A stretch of DNA of 64,000 nucleotides, from contig JAWODM010000046.1 of the NCBI GenBank assembly GCA_046483305.1, positions 1 to 64,000 on the forward strand, in the 5' to 3' direction. The notes under the pieces are model-generated. The model did not search any database. It had not been told where the DNA came from and worked only from the letters and a program-made list of their open reading frames with translations. This document shows, piece after piece, positions 49,022 through 58,592 of this stretch. Every line of letters begins with the position of its first letter. Within the stretch, counting starts at the first letter, position 1. The position numbers and the translations under genes are program-made. The DNA comes from Candidatus Krumholzibacteriales bacterium. Its GTDB lineage: Bacteria > Krumholzibacteriota > Krumholzibacteriia > Krumholzibacteriales > WJIX01.

Positions 49022-51475
49022 CTATCTTATAACTACAAATTTGCCCACGAAATTCCCGAAATCGTTCTTCACTGAGAAAAGGTATATTCCGCTGGTCGCT
49101 TCCTGTCCGTTTCTCGAAACCAGGTCCCAGTAATTAGAACCGCTGCCGCCATCATGTTCGATTATCTCAACCAGATCGCCGGCCAGGGTAAATACACGTA
49201 TGGTGCTTCTGCACAGGGGAAGATTCCTGAATTCTATCTTTATCCCGGAAGGATCGTCCATGGTCTTTCCCAGCTCCCAGGGTTCCAGAGATTCACGGGT
49301 AACCGGGTTCGGAACCACATATATATCATGGGGCTCTTTCTTCCCCGTATCACAGGAGGTGCCTCTGGAGGAAGGAACAACCAGCCTGAAATTACTGGAT
49401 GGCTCGCCGTATTTTCCCGTATTATCGAAAGCTGTCACCGAGTAAAAGTACCTGGTCCCGTTAGTTACCTCGGTGTCCACGAACTTGTAATACTTCTTTC
49501 CCCCCTCGAAGCCGATCCGGTGCCTTGCCAGCGCTTCCAGGGTATCACATTCCGGATCGGTCAGACCCGGAATGCAGGGAACAGTATCCAGGGGAAAATG
49601 GTACAGATTCTCAATGAACAGGTCAAGGAGTTCTTCTTTTTCCTCCAGGTTGATCAGCGGTTCATACTCCAGGCCGCCCTTCGAAAAGGGCATTCTGTAT
49701 GCGTTATCATTTCCATACCCATTAACAAGATCCCGCTGTTCGATCAGCTTCCAGAGCTCCTTGCCCGGGCCGCTGGCCTCGGTGGTTCCGATAGGCCTTT
49801 TCCAGTCATCCGCCCTCCATATCCTGAACCCCTCGAAATCCTTCTCCAGGGTACTCACATCCTGAACCTCTTCACTCGAATTATCCCAGAAAATAGTCAC
49901 TCTCCCGTCACCCGGGAGTATCCTCATGCCGGGGGGAGGGGGCGCTGTGCCAACCAGCCAGGTAACATGGGATTCCTTACCATTCACCCCGGTCATATAA
50001 TCTTCCGGACTGGCATCACCCTTCGGGCATTTGGATTCCCAGAGCTGCCTCTCCATGTTACAATCCAGGTTTATCCAGAGGTACTCGCCCCTCATCGCCG
50101 ATCTCTGGCTGAAATCAGCATCACAGGTGTCGGGATCCATGGTAACCGGACCCGGTACCGGGGTCTCCTTTCCATCTATGCCTGTCTCCGCATTCCCGTC
50201 TATGTCGAACCAGTTCCCTTCGTATACCGAAGCCGCCTTAGCGGCGGTCTCCAGCATTCCGTTCCTGCCTCTTCCTATTGCAACAGCTACCTGCAGGGTG
50301 AGGGTATCTCCGGGCATCAATTCATCGAAGGGGCCGGTAGACATCATCATCCGGTAATCTCTCGGAACATCCTGGCACCTGTCGTAAGCATCGGCGCTCA
50401 TCAGAATATACCGCTCCGAATCATTGGATGGGTCCCCGCCCTCTTCAAACGGCTGGTCCCCCGAAAAATTCTGGTACGAGGTCAATCCTACCTCACTGGG
50501 GGCGGTAATTCCCCTGGGATCGGTTTTATGGCCGAGAAATACTATTCCCAGGTATCCCGGCGCCTTGCCGTCGTCGCCGTCCTTGTCAAATGTATAGGCC
50601 ACGCTTACCAGTACCGGCCAGAATATCTTTCCCTTCATGGTACACTGGATCCCCTGATAAAAACAGGTGGCGTCGTCCTGGGCAAACCGTTCGGTATTCC
50701 GGTGCCCTACGTCGCCGTCGGCGAAAAATCCTATATAAACGTTATCCAGAGAGGAGGTGCCCGAATAATGTATAATTTTGTAATCTATTCCCACGAAATT
50801 GAAGAATTCCTCATCCTCCCACTGATAACTCTCCTGGTGGACGTAAAGCCCCAGAGGAGAGTGGTCGGAATAGGTGTTCATGGCGGCCTCCTGGTCATCT
50901 GTGTACCAGCAGGCAAACATCTGATTACTTATTGCGGCGAAATCCTCATCAATCCTGCCGTCCCTGTCATTATCCTTACCGTCCAGGGGATCTTCGTCTA
51001 CCTCGCCGTCCTTGTCATCATCTGCGGGCCTGGGGAACCGCACTCCTCCCCTGCTGTTGCTGTTTGCCTTGTAGATTACAGCTATCTCTTTGGGGTCATT
51101 TGATTTATTGGGAGGTTGAAACTCAATGTCATAAGCCCCCGTTGAAACGGCCGCAATGCCGGACTTCTTCGCTCCGACCCACAATCCCGCGATATACAGA
51201 TACTCCACACCGCTGTTAGCCGGCCATTGGGCCGAGGGGTAATCACTTGTGGCATTCCTGGATCCAGGGTACGAACCGAAACATCCCCAGTTGGTAACGT
51301 GAAGCTGAAGATTCCCTACATTGTGAATCCCGGATCCGTCATAGACCCAGATACGCTCCAGCTCCTTCAGTTTTCCTATAGAGTCATCTCCGTATTCCCT
51401 GGTTGCCGCTCTATCCGATAGAAGAGATAATACCAGCAAACATGCCGCTGGGAGCAAAAACCTTCTCCGATTCAT
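49022..51475 (-). CDS. Exported 817-aa protein with DxDxDG repeats, FN3-like domain and T9SS-A/FlgD-like C-terminal domain (copy A)
   Basis: Signal peptide; HNVGNLQLHVTNWG; DDDKDGEVDED/DNDRDGRIDED; YFYSVTAFD; IYVVPNP...WDLVSRNGQEATSGIYLF...GKFVVIR. Confidence 0.8.
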   Translation of the reverse strand: MNRRRFLLPAACLLVLSLLSDRAATREYGDDSIGKLKELERIWVYDGSGIHNVGNLQLHVTNWGCFGSYPGSRNATSDYPSAQWPANSGVEYLYIAGLWVGAKKSGIAAVSTGAYDIEFQPPNKSNDPKEIAVIYKANSNSRGGVRFPRPADDDKDGEVDEDPLDGKDNDRDGRIDEDFAAISNQMFACWYTDDQEAAMNTYSDHSPLGLYVHQESYQWEDEEFFNFVGIDYKIIHYSGTSSLDNVYIGFFADGDVGHRNTERFAQDDATCFYQGIQCTMKGKIFWPVLVSVAYTFDKDGDDGKAPGYLGIVFLGHKTDPRGITAPSEVGLTSYQNFSGDQPFEEGGDPSNDSERYILMSADAYDRCQDVPRDYRMMMSTGPFDELMPGDTLTLQVAVAIGRGRNGMLETAAKAASVYEGNWFDIDGNAETGIDGKETPVPGPVTMDPDTCDADFSQRSAMRGEYLWINLDCNMERQLWESKCPKGDASPEDYMTGVNGKESHVTWLVGTAPPPPGMRILPGDGRVTIFWDNSSEEVQDVSTLEKDFEGFRIWRADDWKRPIGTTEASGPGKELWKLIEQRDLVNGYGNDNAYRMPFSKGGLEYEPLINLEEKEELLDLFIENLYHFPLDTVPCIPGLTDPECDTLEALARHRIGFEGGKKYYKFVDTEVTNGTRYFYSVTAFDNTGKYGEPSSNFRLVVPSSRGTSCDTGKKEPHDIYVVPNPVTRESLEPWELGKTMDDPSGIKIEFRNLPLCRSTIRVFTLAGDLVEIIEHDGGSGSNYWDLVSRNGQEATSGIYLFSVKNDFGNFVGKFVVIR

Positions 51476-51711
51476 CCGGAACCTCCGATGTGCCGCTCTA
51501 TATTTACATGGCAGTCTCTTATAGTGGAATTAACTTCCTGGTAGGGTCATAAAGTTATAATTAAATGATATAAATAAGGCTGAAACTTAAAACCTTCGAT
51601 GCAGCCGGCGCGTCTGTTATCCGGCCGGAAACTGCTGCAAATCAGAATCCTTACTAAATATGACATTAACTCACACTATCCGGTCCTCCGCCCGCCCGGT
51701 AAATCCCGTCA

Positions 51712-52668
51712 TTAATAAGAGAAACCGAGGGTTACTCTATGGCAGTCTCCCAGATGGTTAAGATCCTGCCAGGAATAATCAAACCTTATGTCGGATGTCT
51801 GGCTGGTGTCTATCCTGAACCCGACTCCCCACGCAATACCCTGAGAATCATAATTCAAATTGTACCCGCCCCTGACGAAGAAGAACTGATCAAAGGAATA
51901 CTCCATGCCCAGGTTGCCCCTCTCCGCGTTATCAGATGGATGGGAGAATTCTCCGGCTGCAATCAGGATATGGTCGCCCTTCCTGTAAGCGTCTACCTTG
52001 GCTCCTACCTTGAATACGGTGGGCATCTTGGATTCGCGCTCGTCGAATTTCACCTTGCTTCCCAGACTCTGAACAAGCATCCCCAGCTGAATCCCCCTCA
52101 AACCGATCCGGTAGAGAAGGCCGAAGTCGAGCGCGAAAGACTCCACACTCTTTTCGGCCAGGCCCATGTGAAGGAAATGCATGGTAATCCCGGAAGAGAA
52201 CTTATCGGTAAAATACATGGCGTAGGAGATTCCATAGGACTGATATCCGGCGTCGAACCATTCATTGGTTCCTTCCGGCCTGTGAACTGTCCTTACTATC
52301 TGCGGATCTATGGTTAATGCCCTGGCGGACACACCAATGGTTCCGGGAAGGTAAGGTGTCCTGAAAACGGAACCGGCAAAATAGAGGTCCACATCCGCCG
52401 GCCAGGTTACCGAATTCAATGTGACTTCGGTCCGGTCCAGCTCTACCATGCCTGCCGGGTTCCAGTACAGAGCCGAAGCATCATCCGCGATAGCGGTAAA
52501 GGCGCTTCCCATTCCGGTAGCTCTGGCCGAAACACCTATCTTCAGAAACTGAGCGGCATAAGTCCCGACTTTCTCGAAGGGGCTGGTTCCCGCTAATACC
52601 GATCCGGGGATAAAAACCGCCAGTGTCATAATTATTATGCCCTTGCGTATATAACCATTAACACGCAT
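51712..52668 (-). CDS. PorV/PorQ-family outer-membrane beta-barrel
   Basis: QFLKIGVSARATGMGSAFTAIADDASALYWNPAGM hatch motif; terminal HRVTLGFSY. Confidence 0.88.
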   Translation of the reverse strand: MRVNGYIRKGIIIMTLAVFIPGSVLAGTSPFEKVGTYAAQFLKIGVSARATGMGSAFTAIADDASALYWNPAGMVELDRTEVTLNSVTWPADVDLYFAGSVFRTPYLPGTIGVSARALTIDPQIVRTVHRPEGTNEWFDAGYQSYGISYAMYFTDKFSSGITMHFLHMGLAEKSVESFALDFGLLYRIGLRGIQLGMLVQSLGSKVKFDERESKMPTVFKVGAKVDAYRKGDHILIAAGEFSHPSDNAERGNLGMEYSFDQFFFVRGGYNLNYDSQGIAWGVGFRIDTSQTSDIRFDYSWQDLNHLGDCHRVTLGFSY

Positions 52669-52690
52669 TTAGTAACCTCCCAAAAGACAT

Positions 52691-55144
52691 CTATCTGATA
52701 ACTACAAACTTTCCAACAAAATTGCCATGATCATTCTTTACCGAAAACAGGTATATTCCGCTGGTCACTTCCTGTCCATTCCTGGAAACCAGGTCCCAGT
52801 AGTTAGAACCGCTGCTCCCGTCGTGTTCGATTACCTCCACCAGGTCGCCGGAGACGGTAAACACCCGGATAGTACTTCTGCACAACGGAAGATTCCTGAA
52901 CTCTATCTTGATTCCCGAGGGATCGTCCATGGTTTTACCCAGCTGCCATGGTTCCAGCGATTCCTTGGTCACCGGGTTGGGAACCACATAAATATCATGA
53001 GGTTCTTTTTCGCCAGTATCACACGATGTTCCCGATGATGTCGGCACTACCAGCCGGAAGTTGCTGGAAGCTTCCCCGAATTTGCCGGTGTTGTCGAAAG
53101 CCGTAACCGAGTAAAAGTACTGCGATCCGTTGAGAACTTCAGTATCAACATATTTATAATATCTTCTTCCACCCTCGAATCCCAGCCTGAACCTTGCCAG
53201 TGCCTCCAGGGTGTCGCACTCGGATTCAGAAAGCCCCGGCATGCATGGTACCGTGTCAAGGGGGTAATGGTATAGGTTTTCGGCAAAAATATCGATTAAC
53301 TCTTCCTTGCCCTCCAGATTTGCCAGAGGTTCGTATAACAGGCCGCCTTCTTCATAGGGCATTCTGTATTCATTATCATTTCCGTAACCGTTACTGTAAT
53401 CACGCTGTTCAATCAGTTTCCACAGTTCTTTTCCGGGGCCGCTGTCCTCGGTTGTCCCTATCGGCCTCTTCCATCCATCCGCCCTCCAGATTCTGAACCC
53501 CTCGAAATCCTTTTCCAGGGTACTCACATCCCTGGCCTCTTCGCTCAGATTGTTCCAATAAAGGGTAACCTTGCCGTCACCGGGGACGATTCTCATTTCA
53601 GGCGGGGGAGGCGCTGTTCCTACCAGCCAGGTAACATGGCCTTCTTTACCGTCCATGCCGGTCTTATAGCTATCCTCGTCAGCATCGCCCTTGGGGCAGG
53701 GCGCTTCCCAGAGCTCTCTCTCTTTCCCGCAATCCAGGTTGATCCAGAGGTATTCGTCCTTCATCGCGGATTCTTCGGTAAAGTCGCCATCGCAGGTGTC
53801 CGGGTCCATGGTTACCGGGCCGGGCACGGGAGTTTCCCTGCCTTTAACACCGGTCTGGGCATTCCCGTCCAGGTCGAACCAGTTTCCTTCGTACACTGAA
53901 GCCGCCTTGGCGGCGGTGGCCAGCATCCCTTCTCTGCCTTTTCCAATAGCCACCGCTACCTGGAGGGTTAGGGTGTCTCCAGGCATAAGCTCGTCAAAGG
54001 GGCCGGTGGACATCATAATCCTGTAATCTCTAGGGACATCCTGGTTCCTGTCATAATCATTGGCACTCATCAGGATGTAACGCTCAGAGTCATTGGAAGG
54101 GTCCCCGCCCTCTTCAAACGGCTGATCGCCGGAAAAGTTCTGGTAAGAGGTAAGGCCTACAACCGCCGGCGCGGTGATTCCCCGGGGATCGGTCTTATGC
54201 CCCAGGAATACGATTCCCAGATAACCTTCGGTCTCTCCGTCGTCGCCGTCCTTATCGAATACATAGGCGGCACTGACCCTCACCGGCCAGGGGACCGCTC
54301 CCTTCTCCGTACACTGGATACCCTGGTAAAAGCCTGTCGCATCGTCCCGCCAGTACCTCTCGGTCTCGAGATGCCCGGCGTCGCCGTCCGCGAAGAACCC
54401 GACATATACATTGTCCAGAGAGGATGACCCGCTATAATTAATAATGGTATAATCGATTCCCACAAAGTCATAGAATTCCTCATCCTCCCACTGGTAGCTT
54501 TCCTGATGCACGTACAGTCCCAGGGGGGCATGATCGGAATAGGTGTTCTTGGCGGCCTCCTGGTCATCAGTATATTCGCACGCAAACATCTGATTGCTTA
54601 TACCGGCAAAATCCTCGTCGATTCTGCCGTCCCCGTCGTCGTCGATTCCGTTCAGGGGATCCTCGTCGACCATTCCGTCCTTGTCGTCATCCGCGGGGCG
54701 GGGAAACCTGACTCCTCCGGTGGTATTACTGTTCGCTTCGTATATTATGTATATCTCATCAGGATCCTCGCTCCTGCCGGGAGGCTGAAACTCGGTTTCG
54801 TAAGCGCCCGTCGAAACCGCGGCTATGCCGCCCTTCTTTGCGCCTACCCACAATCCCGCGGTATACAGATACTCAACTCCGCTGTTTGCCGGCCATTGAG
54901 CGGAAGGGTAATCGCGTGTCGGCCAGTTGGAACCCGGACGCGAACCGAAACACCCCCAGTTGGTAACATGAAGCTGAAGATTCCCTACATTATGAATACC
55001 GGATCCGTCGAAGACAAAGACCTGCTCCATATCCTTGAGCTTACCGACCCAATCCTCATCCTTTTCTCTGGCATCCGCAATATCTGTAACCAGGGAACAG
55101 ATCATCAGAAACGCTGTTCCCAGTAGTATTAATCTTCGAATCAT
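52691..55144 (-). CDS. Exported 817-aa protein, paralog of 49022-51475 (copy B)
   Basis: Collinear with copy A, same length, motifs and C-terminal domain. Confidence 0.8.
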   Translation of the reverse strand: MIRRLILLGTAFLMICSLVTDIADAREKDEDWVGKLKDMEQVFVFDGSGIHNVGNLQLHVTNWGCFGSRPGSNWPTRDYPSAQWPANSGVEYLYTAGLWVGAKKGGIAAVSTGAYETEFQPPGRSEDPDEIYIIYEANSNTTGGVRFPRPADDDKDGMVDEDPLNGIDDDGDGRIDEDFAGISNQMFACEYTDDQEAAKNTYSDHAPLGLYVHQESYQWEDEEFYDFVGIDYTIINYSGSSSLDNVYVGFFADGDAGHLETERYWRDDATGFYQGIQCTEKGAVPWPVRVSAAYVFDKDGDDGETEGYLGIVFLGHKTDPRGITAPAVVGLTSYQNFSGDQPFEEGGDPSNDSERYILMSANDYDRNQDVPRDYRIMMSTGPFDELMPGDTLTLQVAVAIGKGREGMLATAAKAASVYEGNWFDLDGNAQTGVKGRETPVPGPVTMDPDTCDGDFTEESAMKDEYLWINLDCGKERELWEAPCPKGDADEDSYKTGMDGKEGHVTWLVGTAPPPPEMRIVPGDGKVTLYWNNLSEEARDVSTLEKDFEGFRIWRADGWKRPIGTTEDSGPGKELWKLIEQRDYSNGYGNDNEYRMPYEEGGLLYEPLANLEGKEELIDIFAENLYHYPLDTVPCMPGLSESECDTLEALARFRLGFEGGRRYYKYVDTEVLNGSQYFYSVTAFDNTGKFGEASSNFRLVVPTSSGTSCDTGEKEPHDIYVVPNPVTKESLEPWQLGKTMDDPSGIKIEFRNLPLCRSTIRVFTVSGDLVEVIEHDGSSGSNYWDLVSRNGQEVTSGIYLFSVKNDHGNFVGKFVVIR

Positions 55145-55170
55145 CCGGAACCTCCAAAATATTCTGGACT

Positions 55171-58100
55171 CTAAAATTCAAACCCGAAACCGACACGCCA
55201 CTCCCTGCGCCGCCCCCATACTGTCGGATCGTTTACGGGGTTGAAATCCTCCAATCCGTCATCGTCAATATCCTGTAAATAAGCTCCCCCGGCCTGCCCG
55301 GTTTCGGTGTAATAAGCTCCGCCGTCCATGGTTGCGTTGACCATGCCGGGGAATACCCCGGGGGCGATTATATTGAGAATATCCTCATCCAGCAGATTCC
55401 TTCCCTCGAAGTAGAGGGTCAGCTCCTGCCCGTAAATATCAAACTTTTTTCTGCCCTGTAAATTCAGCATATGGGTTTCGTCTTTTCTTTCCGAGTTCTC
55501 ATCCAGGGGATCCTGCTTCCTGGCGAACCTGTCATAGGGAGTCCAGGGCAGGCCGCTTCCGAAGGAATACACGAAAGTGGCGCCCCAGTTATTCTCGTCC
55601 GTCAGGGTCATCCTCAGGTTCAGAGTATGCCTCTGATCCCAGTTTAGGGGCATCTCCTGGGTGGGCAGATGGGAAAGGCCTTCCGCCGTGACCCCGTAGT
55701 TCGAGTCGGAAGCCACTCCGTCGGCAAATGAATATGTATATGATATTTCTCCCCCTACATGATTGCTCATCCTCTTGGTCAGGCTCAGCTCCAGGCCCCT
55801 GGAACTGGCGTAAGACCTGTTGATGTAACGGAATCCGGTCAGCCCCGTATCCTCGTCGGTAACCCTTGTAGAGGATACCAGGCCGTAAATATCCTTGTTG
55901 AAGACCACTACCTCTCCCGCTACCGTCCGGGTGAACTGGTGAGAAACTCCCGCCTGATAGGAAACGGTGAGCTCTTCGTCAAGATTCGGATTGCCCAGCG
56001 TTCCCGCCCCGGATATCATATCCTGGGAGTTGAACAGGTACGCCCTGGAGGGCCACTGAGTAAACCTTCCGTAATGGAAGTGGAACTTATCCTTGTCTGT
56101 TATCGGGAAAGCAAATCCCAGCCTGGGGCTCATCTGCAGCTTGAACTTTTCAACGGTAGTGTCGATTTCGCCGCTGACAATCTCGATATCGGTGGAGTTG
56201 CCGGGGGAGAAGAAATCAAGCCTTATACCGGCATTGACCACGATACCGCGGTATTCCCATTTATCCTGGATATAGAAAGATCCTTCCGGGTTGAAGTTGT
56301 GGAAGTCCTGTTTGCTGGCTCCCTGCATGTAACTTCCGTCGTCGAACCTTCTAAGGCTGGCCGGGTAGAAGAGAATAAAATCGTCCAGGTTGTTATACAG
56401 GAACTGAACTCCGGTTTTGGCCTCGTGCCCTTTCCACTTCGTGCAGGTGAAGTCGCCTTTTATGGTGTAAACCGTAACATCCCTGTTCATGTAATAGGGC
56501 GAGTCGTAAGAAGCCGTAACCAGATAAGGATTATCGGGATCGGTATACCAGACCGTATTGGAGACACCGTTGAATTCGAACGAGCCCCCGGGCATTACCA
56601 CGGGCCTTCCCCCGGTGGTAAACTCTTCGGGATCCTTGCCGTTGACGGTATTATAGGTATTAAAGGTCGCCCGGCTGAAATTAACGGTGTAAAGCATATT
56701 TTCCGAAATATTATGTTTCAAACCGAACTTGAGATGGAGATTCTCGTTCTCCCTGGTATTCTGGTTTTCCGCTGAGTTTATTTCAACGAACGAGGAATCA
56801 TCCCTGAAATAGCTGAATTTCGAATCGGGGTTCCTGAAACCTTCGAACAGCTGTTTGCTCTGGTAGGCCTCCAGCTCGCCCTGCTGGTCCAGGACCGCCT
56901 CATCCCATATGATTTCAACTTCGTTGCCGTAAACGTCGTTGATCCTTCTCGCATAGAAGTTATTATAGGTGACAATATGCCGCTCAATGCCGGTGGAGAG
57001 ATCTCCCACATTCACCTCTTCAAAGACCCTGACCGGATAAAGGACTCCTCTCTGGTCCTCGGGCTCCGGGGGGTATTCCGACACCCTGGGAAGTTCTTCA
57101 TCAACCCAGGGGCCGTGATATACACTGACCGTCCAGTTGAATTCGTAAGCGTCCTGGGCTTCTATCCCCTCTATCGAACTCGGCTTGAGGCTCATGAAAC
57201 GGTAAACCTTCTGCACGTATCCCTGCACATCCCAGTTGAGCGCGTACCCTCCCCGATACATATTAACCCTGGAGTGGGTATAGATAGCTTCACCGATCAG
57301 TTTAAGGTTTGGGGTAGCCTTGTAGGCCAGTTTGCCCTGAATATTATAATTGTGATACGCCCTGTCGGTGAACTTGAACAGGCCGTTCCAGAAAGTATGT
57401 TCTTCCCGTTCCTGGGTGGCCCAGTGTTCGCCGTCATCTAAAGTCAGCTGGCCGGACAGGTAGAAGGTCAGATCCTTGAGGGGAGTAGGGCCTCCAAATC
57501 CGATACTCAACCTGTCGTAATTAGTATATGTCTTGTCTTTTCTGCCGAAGTCATTGGTCATGAAACGGACCTGGCCCTTGTAGACCGGCCCACCCTCTCT
57601 GGTGGAGACATCTACCACCGCCGACTGGGCGTTACCGTACTCGGCGTCCATGCCCCCTGTAATAATCCTACTGTCCGATGCCCCCAGCATGCCGACGCTG
57701 ATAGATCCGCCCCCCAGGGGGTCGTTAACGGGAACACCGTCAATCAGGTAAGTTACCTCGCCGCTTCGCCCGCCACGGACGTGAAGTTCGTCGCCGGTTT
57801 TCACAATACCGCTTTTAAGCGCCAGGGCTTCCTCAATGTTATCAACCGGAAGTTCCTCCAGCTCATCTCCTGATACCGCGTGGCTCACATCACTGCTCTT
57901 TACATCAACCATTTTTCTCTTGGCGGTAACATCGATGACTTCTGTCTGTGCCACGATGGTTTCTTCAAGCTCAAATTCGACCCTGAGGGTCTGCCCGGCC
58001 TTCAGAGTGATCTTTTTCTCCTGCTCCTTGTACCCCATCATCATTACCTTGATGGTATGGGTGCCCGGTGGAACCTTCTTGATCCTGAAGGTACCGTCAG

Positions 58101-58293
58101 CCATACTCATACTACCCATCCCCTCACCAATAACAACATTGGCGTAGGCAAGCGGAGCGCCGTTTTCCCTGGCCACCACCTTGCCTACTACAGTTCCCTC
58201 CTGAGCAATCGCGGATGAAGTTGAAAAAGCCAGTATTATAATAAACAGTATAGATATTTTAAATAACCCTGAAGTATGGGAGCGGGTATTCAT
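55171..58293 (-). CDS. TonB-dependent receptor with N-terminal carboxypeptidase-regulatory-like domain
   Basis: GKVV...PLAYANV; plug LHVRGGRSGEVTYLIDG; GGMDAEYGNAQS; SPRLGFAFP; GNPNL; terminal VGFGFEF; AAGGAG RBS before ATG 58293. Confidence 0.93.
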   Translation of the reverse strand: MNTRSHTSGLFKISILFIIILAFSTSSAIAQEGTVVGKVVARENGAPLAYANVVIGEGMGSMSMADGTFRIKKVPPGTHTIKVMMMGYKEQEKKITLKAGQTLRVEFELEETIVAQTEVIDVTAKRKMVDVKSSDVSHAVSGDELEELPVDNIEEALALKSGIVKTGDELHVRGGRSGEVTYLIDGVPVNDPLGGGSISVGMLGASDSRIITGGMDAEYGNAQSAVVDVSTREGGPVYKGQVRFMTNDFGRKDKTYTNYDRLSIGFGGPTPLKDLTFYLSGQLTLDDGEHWATQEREEHTFWNGLFKFTDRAYHNYNIQGKLAYKATPNLKLIGEAIYTHSRVNMYRGGYALNWDVQGYVQKVYRFMSLKPSSIEGIEAQDAYEFNWTVSVYHGPWVDEELPRVSEYPPEPEDQRGVLYPVRVFEEVNVGDLSTGIERHIVTYNNFYARRINDVYGNEVEIIWDEAVLDQQGELEAYQSKQLFEGFRNPDSKFSYFRDDSSFVEINSAENQNTRENENLHLKFGLKHNISENMLYTVNFSRATFNTYNTVNGKDPEEFTTGGRPVVMPGGSFEFNGVSNTVWYTDPDNPYLVTASYDSPYYMNRDVTVYTIKGDFTCTKWKGHEAKTGVQFLYNNLDDFILFYPASLRRFDDGSYMQGASKQDFHNFNPEGSFYIQDKWEYRGIVVNAGIRLDFFSPGNSTDIEIVSGEIDTTVEKFKLQMSPRLGFAFPITDKDKFHFHYGRFTQWPSRAYLFNSQDMISGAGTLGNPNLDEELTVSYQAGVSHQFTRTVAGEVVVFNKDIYGLVSSTRVTDEDTGLTGFRYINRSYASSRGLELSLTKRMSNHVGGEISYTYSFADGVASDSNYGVTAEGLSHLPTQEMPLNWDQRHTLNLRMTLTDENNWGATFVYSFGSGLPWTPYDRFARKQDPLDENSERKDETHMLNLQGRKKFDIYGQELTLYFEGRNLLDEDILNIIAPGVFPGMVNATMDGGAYYTETGQAGGAYLQDIDDDGLEDFNPVNDPTVWGRRREWRVGFGFEF

Positions 58294-58418
58294 TATGAAA
58301 CTCCTTACCTTGGTATTCCTGACAATCTGCCTACAATCCGATTTCTTCAATATTCTATTCCATCTTTGGAGAATCTGTCAGGTGTGGTCTCCAGCTCTCC
58401 TGTTTACCCAACATCGTT

Positions 58419-58447
58419 AATATAATTAGCTCAATTCCCTGTGTCAA
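58419..58447 (-). promoter_or_regulatory. sigma70-type promoter of the TBDR operon
   Basis: TTGACA (58442-58447), N17, TATATT (58419-58424). Confidence 0.7.
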
Positions 58448-58592
58448 TCACCATATTTGACAACTTTTCATTTTAATAAATAAATAGATTTGAAGAGAAA
58501 AATCAATACCCGGAGAGTGAAAATCAGGTTATCAGAGCTCCTGGGCGGACCGGCCCGAACCGGCAGCTTCCCGGCATGCCGGCGGGAAGCAA

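Larger units (their letters stand above)
49022..55155 (-). repeat. Direct gene duplication (49022-51486 vs 52691-55155) separated by the PorV-like gene
   Basis: Long near-identical DNA stretches; shared RBS context GGAGGTTCCGGATGA; both CDS are 2454 nt. Confidence 0.9.

Noticed and set aside
49154..51103. 649-aa plus-strand ORF antisense to copy A
   Set aside because: It has no recognisable motifs, and the equivalent antisense frame is broken into fragments in paralog B. It is a shadow ORF.
49022..55144. Diversity-generating retroelement (TR/VR pair) as an explanation for the repeat
   Set aside because: Both copies are full-length genes, the differences are not adenine-specific and include many synonymous changes, and there is no reverse transcriptase in the window.
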